Part shown: positions 41,401-55,200 of the stretch, piece by piece
Layout of the letters: each line of letters begins with the position of its first letter
Numbering within the stretch: the first letter of the stretch is position 1
Assembly (NCBI RefSeq): GCF_001194135.2
Contig: NC_068991.1
Span: 10,350,135-10,414,134, forward strand
Source: Octopus bimaculoides
Lineage: Eukaryota
Reading direction: 5' to 3'
Length of the DNA stretch: 64,000 bases
The notes under the pieces: model-generated
What the model was told of the DNA's origin: nothing
Databases searched by the model: none
The model's input: only the letters and a program-made list of their open reading frames with translations
Made by a program: the position numbers and the translations under genes

Positions 41401-44400
41401 AAAGCATTTCCCCCCAATGCTCTAATGATTCTGCCAGCTAGCTGCCTTTTTTGATGGGATTTAAGGAGTCAATACCATTAACCCCAGTACTTGACTGTCA
41501 CTTTTTAAAAATTTTTTATCAGCCCTAGAGAAATAAAAGGCCAAGTTGATTTGAACAGAATGTAAAACACTGCAAGAAGACATTCAAGGTTCTAGAGAAA
41601 CTTGTTAATGGCTGTCTCCTTCCTCTTTGAGATATCAGAAGTGAATGTGACATAGCCCAGAAGTTGGCAGGGGCAGAGGAGTTGCTCCTCTTACAAATGG
41701 GATGCACTGTAGGTAAATGGCAGGAAGAATGGGATATAACATACCTGTAACTTCATTTCATTAAGAATTGCTTCCAGAGACTTCCAGTCTTTCATTCTAA
41801 TCACCATTACTATCCAACTGTTGATCATTTCAGTCAGGGGTTTCACGGGTGCCATCATTTCCTTGCACAATCTTAAAATCTGAGAGGTAAAAAAGAGAGA
41901 AAAATGAAAGGTAACAAAGGAGACTACGTTGGTAAAAAGGCAATGATGAGACCAACAAAAGTGATGTCGATGATAATGGTAGTAGTGCTTGATGACTATG
42001 GCAGTGTTTTTTGTCTTTCGTTTTTGACTAAATGTTATGTCCGGCATTATGATGACGTATTCCGTCATCTCTGCAGGACAGGCCCGAACAGCATACCTCA
42101 CTGACTGACATTACTGACCGTGTCAGTCCACTATTTATTAGTAGTGATCCAGCCCACTTCCCACCTGGGGGCGTCTGCCACAACACTAAATAAAATCAAA
42201 ATGCTGTGGTGTGTGAATGTCTTTCCCACAATCTAAACATCAATATTCTCATCCTGGCATAGGGTTTCAAGCCCTTTCCTTGCCAGTTCCTCCCGCTGAT
42301 GGATGAGGGCTTCACTTTTTATTCTTTCAATCATCTCGGCTTTCAAACATGTGTGTGTATATGGTTCGGCTCTCTGTCCGTCACGATGACAAGTATTCCA
42401 GTTGATTCGATCAACATAACGGCCTGCTCGTGAAATTAACTTGTAAGAGCTGAGTATTCCATAGACACGCATGCCCTTAATATGGTTGTCAGGGAGATTT
42501 AGTGTGATGCACGAAATGCAACATGGGTGCCTGTTGCATGACACCAGTATCTGCCATGATGATTTCATTTGCCTTGATGGATCTTCCTTCTCAAGCACAG
42601 CATATTGCCAAAGGCCTCAGTCATCTACATAAATATAATGCTCACAATCTGAAGCCAGGTTGATAAGTGCCAATGCATGAACCTCTTGGCCTTAGAGTCA
42701 CTGTGTAACTTCCACTGATTAACAAAAGAAAAAAAAAAGCATGCATTTTATATAAATATTTTAGATAATATATATGCGTCTACATACCTTCAGAAAAGAC
42801 TTCCAGTCAGCAGTTTTTTTGAACTGGTAAAGTGCATATGGTTTAATTGCACCAATAACTGGGATAAATGTTTTATTCTCAACTAAACAGGTAAAAGGAA
42901 ATAAATTATAAAAATTTAGATTTCTTAACTTTATCAGTTGAGAAACATTTAGTGATCAGAAATATGATGGAATCTTTTGACACTCTAAAATATTTACTAC
43001 CACTATAACTTTTGAAGTTATGTCTGACCCATGCGCGCATGGAAAATGAATATTAAAGGAGGATGATGATGATGTATGTATGAGTGTGTGTGTGAATATA
43101 ATGTATGTATGTATGTATGTATGTATGTATGTATGTGAGGACATATGGCTTAGTGGTTAGGGTGTTGCACTCACAATTGCATGATCATGGTTTCAATTCC
43201 TAGACCACGTGGTGCATTGCGTACAGCACATACATTTGATCACTATAAACAAATCATTTGTGCAGGCTTTGGTAAGAAAGCTACTTACCACACAGCCACT
43301 CCTGCACCAATAATATATACACCCATTGTATATTTTTGAATGTTTTCTTCTTTGTTTTAGCCTATCTCAATATTTCAATGTAATATCTCTGTCTCAAAGA
43401 ATGAATGATTTTTTTTTCATATTTACTGAGCCCTCGGCTAAAATCACTTTACAAAACAGAAATTTCTTCATTATATATTTGTTATTAATATGTACACAAA
43501 GATGATAAAACATACTAACCAAATGCAATAGCTGTTTCAAAAGTGGTGTGTTCCAGTAAATACGAGAAATAGTAGCAGTTGAAGTCACTGTCGGTGATTC
43601 CCATCTCCTAAGCAACAGAAACAGAGACAAATAGCAGAAAAGGTCATGCATAACTGAGTTTACAGCTAAAAATATTGAGTCCCTAAGTAGAAACTGAAAG
43701 GAAAGCTCCTAGCAAAGCAGTAAGTTTCAAAAACCTTTATACAGAGTGTCCCAAAAGTCACTGATGGGTTTCAATTTTTAATAACTTCCTTAATTTTACA
43801 AATTAATGCATGAAATGTTGATACAATATAAAGGACATAATGGAAATTAACATGCACAAGTCAAATTTTGCAACACCACTACATCATATATGAAATATGA
43901 CATCGCTTAAATGGTAGCCATTTTTGCCTCGCACACCCATGCTCTTTCCAAAATGTTCACCCTAACGCCCTTAAGATTTCATAACACCTCTGATTTCTTT
44001 ATTGATGTCCTCCTTCAGTCGCACCAGGGTCTCTGGTTTGCTGACGTAAACCCTCTTTCAAGAATCCTCACAAGAAAAAATCCAGGCTAGTCAAGTCTGG
44101 GGAACATGAAGGCCATTCAAAGTAGACCTCACACATGGTTCCAGCAAGATGGGGAAACTGCTCATTCCGCAAGAGAAAACAATGCAGTTGCTATGACAGT
44201 GCTTTGGAGAGAGAATAATCTCCCGCTACAGCAATGTCAACTGGCCTTCGCGTTCCCCAGACTTGACTAGCCTTTCCTAACGTCAACTACTCTGAAAGTG
44301 TAGTGGGTGCTTTTTNNNNNNNNNNNNNNNNNNNNNNNNNNNNNNNNNNNNNNNNNNNNNNNNNNNNNNNNNNNNNNNNNNNNNNNNNNNNNNNNNNNNN

Positions 44401-45108
44401 NNNNNNNNNNNNNNNNNNNNNNNNNNNNNNNNNNNNNNNNNNNNNNNNNNNNNNNNNNNNNNNNNNNNNNNNNNNNNNNNNNNNNNNNNNNNNNNNNNNN
44501 NNNNNNNNNNNNNNNNNNNNNNNNNNNNNNNNNNNNNNNNNNNNNNNNNNNNNNNNNNNNNNNNNNNNNNNNNNNNNNNNNNNNNNNNNNNNNNNNNNNN
44601 NNNNNNNNNNNNNNNNNNNNNNNNNNNNNNNNNNNNNNNNNNNNNNNNNNNNNNNNNNNNNNNNNNNNNNNNNNNNNNNNNNNNNNNNNNNNNNNNNNNN
44701 NNNNNNNNNNNNNNNNNNNNNNNNNNNNNNNNNNNNNNNNNNNNNNNNNNNNNNNNNNNNNNNNNNNNNNNNNNNNNNNNNNNNNNNNNNNNNNNNNNNN
44801 NNNNNNNNNNNNNNNNNNNNNNNNNNNNNNNNNNNNNNNNNNNNNNNNNNNNNNNNNNNNNNNNNNNNNNNNNNNNNNNNNNNNNNNNNNNNNNNNNNNN
44901 NNNNNNNNNNNNNNNNNNNNNNNNNNNNNNNNNNNNNNNNNNNNNNNNNNNNNNNNNNNNNNNNNNNNNNNNNNNNNNNNNNNNNNNNNNNNNNNNNNNN
45001 NNGCAGCCATCTGGTTCGCCAGTCCTCAGTCAAATCGTCCAACCCATGCTAGCATGGAAAGCGGACGCTAAACAATGATGATGATGATGAACAATGTGAT
45101 GGGTGTGA

Positions 45109-45139
<31 letters not shown>

Positions 45140-48100
45140 GATAATCCCCCATGAAAAATGGAGAAAAAAACATCACCGGGAGGGTGTGCTACATGCAAAG
45201 TATTAATAAGACACTCAGGGAGGGAAATAAAGGGTGTTTTACATTTCGAGCAAAGCTCTTCTTCAGAAACAGGAGACAGAGGAAAGTCCAAGAGAAAAGG
45301 AAGACAGAGAGAAAAAAATCGCCTACAATCTCCATGCATGCATGTATGTATGTATGGATGGATGGATGGATGGTGTAATTAAACATACAACAAAAAACAA
45401 ATTATGTTTAGCTAAACACCTTACCTTGCTTATTGTTACTTTCTGAAAATTGACAGAACGCTGGCCAAAAGAAGTGTTTCCTCACTGGGATATTCTGTGT
45501 AGAAAAAGGAAAAAAACATATATAGGAAACATATCTAGAGGTGTCCTCATACTGGTAGAAAGCATAGAAGCAAATGGATCCCCTAATTCATGGAAATGAC
45601 TCCCTTGTTCTTTTTATCAGGAATTTATGTCCTTAATGATCATGGTTGTGTGGAAAGAAGTTTGCTTTCCAAACACATGGATTCAGGCTCAGTCCTATTG
45701 CATGGTACATGGGGCATGTTTATTCTCTTATAGCCTTGGACTGACCAAAACCTTGTCAGTGGATCTGATTAATAGAAACTGAAACAAGGCGGCGAGCTGG
45801 CAGAAACGTTAGGAAGCCGGGCGAAATGCTTAGCGGTATTTCGTCTGCCGCTACGTTCCAAGTTCAAATTCCGCAGAGGTCGACTATGCCTTTCATCCTT
45901 TTGGGGTTGATAAATNNNNNNNNNNNNNNNNNNNNNNNNNNNNNNNNNNNNNNNNNNNNNNNNNNNNNNNNNNNNNNNNNNNNNNNNNNNNNNNNNNNNN
46001 NNNNNNNNNNNNNNNNNNNNNNNNNNNNNNNNNNNNNNNNNNNNNNNNNNNNNNNNNNNNNNNNNNNNNNNNNNNNNNNNNNNNNNNNNNNNNNNNNNNN
46101 NNNNNNNNNNNNNNNNNNNNNNNNNNNNNNNNNNNNNNNNNNNNNNNNNNNNNNNNNNNNNNNNNNNNNNNNNNNNNNNNNNNNNNNNNNNNNNNNNNNN
46201 NNNNNNNNNNNNNNNNNNNNNNNNNNNNNNNNNNNNNNNNNNNNNNNNNNNNNNNNNNNNNNNNNNNNNNNNNNNNNNNNNNNNNNNNNNNNNNNNNNNN
46301 GTTAGGAAGGGCATCCAGCTGTAGAAACCTTGCCAGATCAGATTGGAGCCTGGTGCAGTTTTCTGGCTTACTAGTCCTCAGTCAAACCATCCAACCCATG
46401 CCAGCAAAGAAAGTAGGTGTTGAATGATGATGATGATATATATATATATATATATATATACGACAGGCTTCTTTTTATCTCCATCAACCAAATCCACTCA
46501 CAGGACCTTGGTCAGCCCAAAGCCATAAAGTAGAACACACCTGTCCACGTTGCCATGCAGTAGGACTGAACCCGGGAAGAAAACTTCCCAATACACAGCC
46601 AATTCCTGCACCTATCCACAGCCACTCCTGGACTTATAAAAAATTATTTTACTAACTCCTTCTAAATTCTTCAGTATTTAACAAAAGAATTTAAGTAAAG
46701 ATTTCATTAGAAAAAATGGTCACAAAAGGATTAATATGAAACACTTATAAGGTACTAAAGATGCAGGTTATAAAAAAAAAAATAAAGAAATGCTTTTCAC
46801 TTACCTCAGCTGCCATTCTACTGATTAACTCCAAAGCAAAATCTAGAGATAAAATAAAAATAAACAATGTACTTCAGTTCTATATTTAAGAGATGATGAA
46901 TTATGTACATTATTTACATTTGACAGATATTTACATTTGACAGCAAAGTCGACCTCGGCGGAATTTGAATTCAGAACATAACGGCAGACGAAATACCGCT
47001 AGGCATTTCACCCAGCATGCTAACGTTTCTGCCAGCTCGTCGCCTTTAAAAATCTTAATACATTTTTAATAGGGATGTAAAATATGAACCATATAAAAGT
47101 TATGAGCCTCTAACTTTAGGCTCAAGCATACATTAAAGTTGTTCTAAGTACACGAGAGAGAGAGACAGATAGACAGACAGAGAGAAAGTATGTGAGTGTG
47201 TGGAGAGACATGTGCAAAAGTTTTCTGAAAGACACTACAACTATTTGTACAAAACTGAAGTAGGAACAATACAGGATGACATGTAGCTGAGTGAAGAGTC
47301 TGCATTTTCAACACTTACTTTCCTTACTGTAAACATATATTCAATAATAACTCAGTCCTCACCTGTCTTATTGTAAATATATGCCATCTGTGTGGGGAAA
47401 CACAGATCGTCCTTGTTCCAGCCTTCGTTTCTCATCCTGTTCACATACTCACACAGTTTGTCCACTGACTGAAATATAAAACAAAGTTGAGTGAGAGCGA
47501 CTGCTCATAGAGGGGCTTGCCAGTTGTAGAGAGAGTGAGTGCAACTGGTCATAGAGCAAGTGTCTTCTTGTAAAGTGAATGACTGCTTGTGGAGTGAGAG
47601 GGTGACCAGTTGTACAGTGAGAAAGTGACTGGCTGTAGAGTGAAAGGGTGACTGGTTGTAGAGTGCAGATTGACCAGTTGTAGAACGAGAGGGTGGTTGC
47701 TTGTAGAGTGAGAGGGTGACTGGTTATAGAGTGAGAAAGTGACTGGCTGTAGAGTGAAAGGGTGACTGGTTGAAGAGTGACAGAAACAAGAAAGGTTATA
47801 CGTACCACCTCACTTTTCACAAGAGCACGAATGAAGAAACGGCCAAGTTGTAACTCATTGTCATCCTTTTGGAGTGGTTTGGGCATCACAGTGAAAACTT
47901 CAAAAGCTATTTGGTCATGGCCAAAACAGATCAATTGGTTAATCCAAGAAATAGCATCTTGGTTCCAGCTTCGGAATGATGAAAGTTTTGGTATAAGCTT
48001 AACAAAAAATAAAAAAATAAGGCGTTAGGAAGGGCATCCAGCAGTAGAAACTCTGCCAAATCAGATTGGAGCCTGGTGTAGCCATCTGGTTTCACCAGTC

Positions 48101-49188
48101 CTCAGTCAAATCGTCCAACCCATGATAGCATGGAAAGCGGACGTTAAATGACGACGATGATGATGAGGAAACACTAAGAACGTCAATTAAAATAAACTTA
48201 AAACAATATTCTTCATCAATTATTATAACTGAAAGTGGTATTCAAGGCTGCAAGAGGGAGGTAACTCCCAAACAGTACTAACAAGTGAATACAGCCATTC
48301 AATAGAGACCACCACAATTCAGTTAGGCTTTGATTGGCCTGAGGCTATAGAAGACACTTGTCCTAGATGCCATGAAGTGGGACTGAACCTGAAACAATGT
48401 AGTTGGGAAGCAAACGTCTCAACCACACAGCCATGCCTGGAGACAATATGTCAGAAAAAGAAGACTAGGGTCTCTGTTCATATTGACCACACTTCTTCAC
48501 ATGTACACACAGGTCAAGGCAAAAGGTTTCGTGGAAGACTGGTAGTTGCCCATACACTCTAGCGTCCCTTCTTCATGCCATTTGAAGTTTATCCAAGGGA
48601 AAGACTTGGGCCAATGTTGACTTGCACGCGACTGGCAGTGCAGTGCTTCTGTCAGAATACAAAGAGCCAAAACACATACCAGGAAGCAACCTTCTCATCC
48701 TTCTAACAACTCCACAAATCCACTGCTCTGGATTGATACTTTTTCCTTATTGACTCTAAAAGGATGAAATGCCAAGTTGATTTTGGCAGAATTTGAACTC
48801 AGGTTGCAGAGATTTGGAAACAATACTACAAAGCATTCTAACCAATGCTCTACTGACCCTGCCACTATACCAATGAGTTTGTTCTGGTACCATATCACCA
48901 TAATTTTTATTTTCTTTTTCTTCACAGCTACTCCCACCTATCATTATATAAAGCAGGGTAGCCATATGTCTCCTCTAAAACAAGTAAACTGTGCTTGTCC
49001 CCCTACCATACGTTAGTCCCTCAGTACTTGACAGAAAGCTGCTTCCATCCTCTCAAATACTCCCACCACTTAGTCAAGGGAACAGTTTCCTGTTTTCCTT
49101 CTCACTTGTGCTAGCGGCAAGTAAAAAGAACCTAATACAAACTGTAAAGTATCCGACCATGGAAACCATGCAAGTATGGAAAACAAAC

Positions 49189-49227
<39 letters not shown>

Positions 49228-52200
49228 GAGAAGATGATGACAATGATGACAAGATAGTTATTAGTGAAATGCCAGGATGGTTATTGCTGGAACACCTATA
49301 AAAAAAAATGGAACCTCAACACGTTGGTACATAGGTGTAACTGACCTTTGATGCCATTTCTTGCTGATTGTGTTGAGCCATTTCAAAGACTAACTTCAGA
49401 AGGACAAAAGGACGGACAAGAATTCCATCATTCTCAGCTTCTTGCAGAAGCTAAAAAACATAACAGAAATATTTCATAACACAAAAATTGAAATATTGGA
49501 TGATTATTACAATTATCATAAAACAATGTTGGAAAAATTTTTTTTTAAATTAAAAGGAAGAGAAATCACAATTATTAAGTGGATCATTAGAGGGCCAGGT
49601 GAAATGTGCGCTATTTTGTTGTGAGACCCTAAAAGAGGTCTGCAACTAAATATCACATAGCATTTGGTCCAATGCTCCACTGATCCTGACAATCTATCAA
49701 ATACAGAATAATAATAATCCTTTCTACTATAGCAGTGGTTCTCAACTAGGGTTCATGTAAGATTTGGTGGGTGGGGGGCTGTACAATAAAATGGTAAATT
49801 GGGGATCCACAATATTTTAAGGGCCCCTGAAAAAAATTTGCTTTAGATGCATGCATTAGTATGTATTGCAAGAAACAAGATTTCTTTCTCTGACATTTTA
49901 CAAAATTCAACCTACACAAGTTAAAATGTTAAAAAATAAAATAGGAAATTTCAAAGTCTTTAAACATCGAATGGCTAGGGAGGTTCACCAGAATAAAATT
50001 GTAATCAAAGGGGTCTACAGATGAAAAATGGTTGTAAACTCCTGTACTATAGGCACAAGGCCTGAAATTTCAGAGAATGGGACTAACATTGACTCCAGTG
50101 CTCGACTGGTACTTATTTTATCAACACCAAAAGGGATGAAAGGCAAAGTCAACCCTGGCAGAATTTGAACATAGAACGTAAAGATGGACGAAATGCTGAT
50201 AAGCATTGTGCCCAGTGTGTTAATGGTTCTGCCAGCTCACTGCTTTATGATTATCATTATTATTATTAATAATAATAATAATAATAATAATATTTTAAAA
50301 AGGATTGACGTAACTCTTCACAAAGGTAAACAGTCAAGTCGAAGAGTGCGATTCGGTTGTAAGATATTTTATTAGTTGAACGATATTTCAACAGAATGTC
50401 TGTCTTTGTCAAGTTCAAAATAAGAAGTGATAAAAATTCAAAATTACAGAAATTTAAATGTAAAGTATGAACGAGAGCAACCAGCGTCCAGATGTTGATG
50501 GAGGTGCTAGATTCTCATGTTCGAAAATAGAAGGACACAGATTGTGTCGTATAGCCAGCTGGAGACGATGTCTCCTGGGGCTAAATTACAGCAACATTAG
50601 TCCTAAACCAGGACTGCCTTGTTATGTTGGCAAACAATTTTTTACTACAATAATAGGTTAGATAGGATGCTCTTTCACTTAATAACAATAATAATAATAA
50701 TAATAATAATAAAATGAAATTAAAAAAAGATCAAATTATAGAATAGTCTTACTTTCTCAACATGTTCTCCTTGGCCTTGTTCAATGTAACCACAAGCAAG
50801 AGCAACGTAGGTATCACAACTTGGTTCCAATCCAGCAGTTCTGAAGATTAAAAAGATGAAGATAAGTTGTCACATAATATATATATATATATATATATAC
50901 ACCAATTTAAGGTGGCAGAATCGTTAGTACCCTGGGCTAATGGCGTCGATTAGCTCGACTAAAAAGGCGGTGCTCCAGCATGGCCACAGTCAAATGACTG
51001 AAACAAGTAAAAGAGTATTAGACCTAACACCACTATTGCCAGCCACACTACAACCACTGCCACAACTACCACCACTACTGTTATCTTAATAATCATAGCC
51101 TTCACACAATTACTATTACCACTCTACTACCACAACCCCCACTGCAACTATCATCATCACCACCAGTGCTACAACCATCACAATCAACAACAAACTACTA
51201 CCAGCCTATAGTCCTCACAACCACCACAATAATCATTATAACTCCTACCACCCAACTACCACGACTATGATCACCACCACTGCCACCATCGTTACCACCT
51301 CTACCATCAACACCAAACTGACTTTTAAACTAAAGCCATCACAATTGCTACCATCCTACCACCGTCAGCACTATTACCCACACCAGCAACAATTATAAAA
51401 GTAAATGAAAATAATAAAAGGGTTCAACTTACTTCATGACATTCAAAATTTCTTTGGCACTTTCAGGATCCCTGGATGGAGAGAAATAAAAGAGGAGACA
51501 TGAAGAAAAGCATAGGCTCTGAACATGCAAACCATTCCAACTCTATTTAGCTCAGATTTTACTCAGGCATAATCACATCTTGTGTATGATTTGAGAGAGA
51601 TTTGGCTGCCGTTTCTTATTTCTTTACTGCCCACAAGGAGCTAAACATAGAAGGGGACAAACAAGGACAGACAAAGGGATTAAGTCGATTACATCGACCC
51701 CCCAGTGCGTAACTGGTACTTAATTTATTGACCCTGAAAGGATGAAAGGCAAAGTCGACCTTGGCGGAATTTGAACTCAGAACGTAGTGGCTGATGAAAT
51801 ACCTGCTGTTTCTAGCAGGTCGAGTATCCAGGTAGAGTTTCCTCATGTAGCATCAGCACAAGAGAGAGAGTATCCTACTGACAGACATTCAACTGTCATC
51901 ATCATCATCATCACCACCATCACTTAACATCCATTTTCCATGTTGGTGGAGAGCTATACCACATTCCATTTGTCTGTCTTGGCATGATCTCTATGGCTAG
52001 ACAGCCTTCTTAACACCAACACACACCAGCAATATTTAACCCTTTTGATACCAACCCGGCTGAAACCGCCTCTGGCTCTCTAGTACAAATGTCATGTTTT
52101 CAAAAGTTCTGAGTTAAAATCTTCCACCAAACCTTAGTTATCATTAAGCTATGGTTAGGAACATAAATTGTGACTAAGTTATTTTACTAAATTCTTTGTA

Positions 52201-55200
52201 ATATTTAAAATTAATTGAAATTAATTGAAAGAAACAGAATAGAGTAACAAATGGGTTAGAATATATAATAGAGAAACAATTCTTAACCCTTTTCATTTCA
52301 ACCCAGCTGAAACCGCCTCTGGCTCTGTAATACAAATGTCTTGTTTTCATAAGTTCTGAATTAAAATCTTCCACTAAACCTTAGTCACAATTTATGTTGC
52401 TAACACTAGCTTAATGATAACTAAGTTATTTTACTAAATTCTTTGTTATAATTAAAATTAATTGAAAGCAACACAGAGCATCTCAACAGAAATATGGTAA
52501 CAAAAGAGTTAAATGTCTGTTTCTCCATCTTTGCATGGGTCAAACAAAATTTATTGAAGCAGATTTTCTGCAACCAGATAGTTTCCCTGTTGCTAATTCT
52601 TACATAACAAGCAATAGATATGCAATTCAAAATCTTCCCTCATACAAAAGCACAGTGACAACTTACCCAGCGCGGAAATGTCCAGTGATCAAAGAATTAA
52701 ATACTTGTTCTCCAATTGGTAAATCAGAACTCTTCATGTGTTCAAGGATTTTACTGTTAATGTGTGAAAGAAAAGGGAATAATTAAAGAAATAAAGCAAT
52801 TCACTGTGAACAAATACAACAGGTGGGAAAGAAAAATACTAAAATAAATAAAAATATATTCTTCGCTGTCTTAGTGCAGGCTTTTTTTTTATTCACTTTG
52901 ATCCACAACACATAAAAAATAATATTTCCAATCTGGCCTGCCTTTAAAGAACTTTTCAGACCCTTAGTGGGGCAATGAGCAGGTTCCCAATTCAAATTGA
53001 ATCTAGTATGATGTAAACATTTACAAATAAGATGATGGATAATGATTGAATCAAAAAAGATCAGCAGTTCTCAACTGTGGCTCCCAGGGTTGCATGCGAC
53101 CCTCAAACATCCTTCTGGCAGCCCCTGACGGTTTTGCCTCTATAAATATAATAAATTTGTTTTTAATTAACTTGTTTTACTTTCTTTGGTGTAGCCTCCC
53201 AAAAGAATCCGGGTTTGGATCTAGCTTGGATATTAAAAAAGTTGAGAGCCACTGGTTAAGATGTAAACAAAATTAATAGCCAAACAAATCGACCCCAGGA
53301 CTTATTCTTTGTAAGCTTAGTACTTATTCTATCAGTCTCTTTTGCCAAACTGCTAAGTTATGGGGACATAAACACACTGGCATTGGTTGTCAAGTGATAG
53401 TGGNNNNNNNNNNNNNNNNNNNNNGGGGGGGGGGGACAAACACAGACACACACACTATATATATATATATATACACATACATACAATGGACTTCTTTCAG
53501 TTTCTGTCTACCAGAGCCACTCACAAAGCTATAATAGAAGACACTTGTCCAAGGTGCCACACAGTGGGACTGAACTCAGAACCATGTGGTTGGTAAGCAA
53601 GCTACTTACCACACAGCCACTTCTGCACCTAATTTTAACAATATTTTTCATACAATTCCTAGTCGATTTGCTTGACTAAAAGGCGGTGCTCCAGCATGGC
53701 CGCAGTCAAATGATTGAAACAAGTAAAAGAGTAACCAGTGCAAAAAGAGAAAGAAAGAGAGAGAGAGAGAGAGAGACTGAGAAAGAAAACCTTACCTGGC
53801 ACCTTCTATGTCTCCCATTTCACAATATTGTGAAATTAGGTTTTGGTAAGTTACCTTGAACAGAGCAAAAACAGAAGGTCAGTTAAGCAGCAATACAGAT
53901 ATTATTCTACCTGTCACCTTTAACTACAGAATGAAATCAAAAGCAATGCTTGGACTACAAAGCTCCTGTATCCATGGTACAACTAGGTTGAGATAATAGC
54001 AGGATTGTCTTATAACAACAACACTATAACATCATTGTTTTAACATCCACTTTTCCAAGTGAGTTTCACATGTGTTCAATGGAATTTACTGAGGCAGATT
54101 TTCTATGATTGGATACCCTTCCAGTCACCAACCCTCACCTGCTGGCAAGGAAGGTAACATTTCCCCATGTGAAATAAGGGTCGAGATCTTATCTCCAACA
54201 AAATGTTCTATCCCCTAAAATGCAATCTTATATCAAAATCCCGATCATCATTAATCTTTTCTGAATGAAGTCGACTGGTTTGACAGATCTTCACAGATGT
54301 TTGGATACGAAGGACACTGTTTGTACAACAGTGACACTTGTTTACAACTACTAACATGGGATTATTTACATTAGACAGATATGTGTCCTCATCTTGTTGG
54401 TTGTTACCACAACATTTCGGTTGATTTACTNNNNNNNNNNAGACAGATATGTGTCCTCATCTTGTTGGTTGTTACCACAACATTTCGGTTGATTTACTCT
54501 CCAGCCTTCATCAGGTGTCCTCGTAGAATTTTGAACCCAATGCTGGATTCTCATTCCTAAGGTATTTTTTGCTGTTATTATTATTTATTCAAGGCACTGC
54601 CTGGAATTGAACTCGGAATCTTGGGTAGCCTGCATTCTTAACCATTATGCTATATGCCTGTGAGCATAATGGTTAAGATCATAGGTTACTAACCCCAAGA
54701 TTCCGAGGTCAATTCCAGGTAGTGACTTGTATCAGTAAAAAATACCTTAGGAATGAGAACCCAGGGTTGGTTTCAAAATTCCACCAGGACACCTGATGAA
54801 GGCTGGGGAGTAAATCAACCGAAATGTTGTGGTTACAACAAACAAGTGAGATATATAAAAATGTTATCTACAATTCTGTAAAAAAAAAAAAAACTGAATT
54901 TCAATAGACAAAGAAAAATATGTAATTGTGAAGCTAAGCTCTTAACCACTCAACCAGGAATCAGTAGTTTTTGTTTTGGGGGTTTATTTTTTTCAGAAAT
55001 AGTAAGAATAAGAGAAAGAAACATACTCGGTTTGGTTCGATTTGATTTTTTTCCATAACTGCCAAAAACTCACTTGGTTCAAAAGAATGTTTGTTCTGGA
55101 GATGGTTCCTCAATATGGCATTATAATGAGTGATGTCAAACTGAAGACCTGTAAATCGAGAAATATAAACCTGTACATAAAGTATTATCCATTCTGAAAA

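Larger units (their letters stand above)
54361..54880. mobile_element. Head-to-head inverted pair of tRNA-headed elements with Penelope-type hammerhead 3' parts
   Basis: Left arm (- strand, 54441-54658) and right arm (+ strand, 54663-54850) are mutually homologous. Each has A-box and B-box motifs followed by ACAC-CTGATGA-stem II-GAAA-TG-TT-GTG. Confidence 0.75.

Noticed and set aside
45130-45340. Candidate for the missing LRPPRC exon after exon 13
   Set aside because: The tested acceptors give either a stop or the wrong exit phase, and the peptide does not resemble the expected PPR segment.
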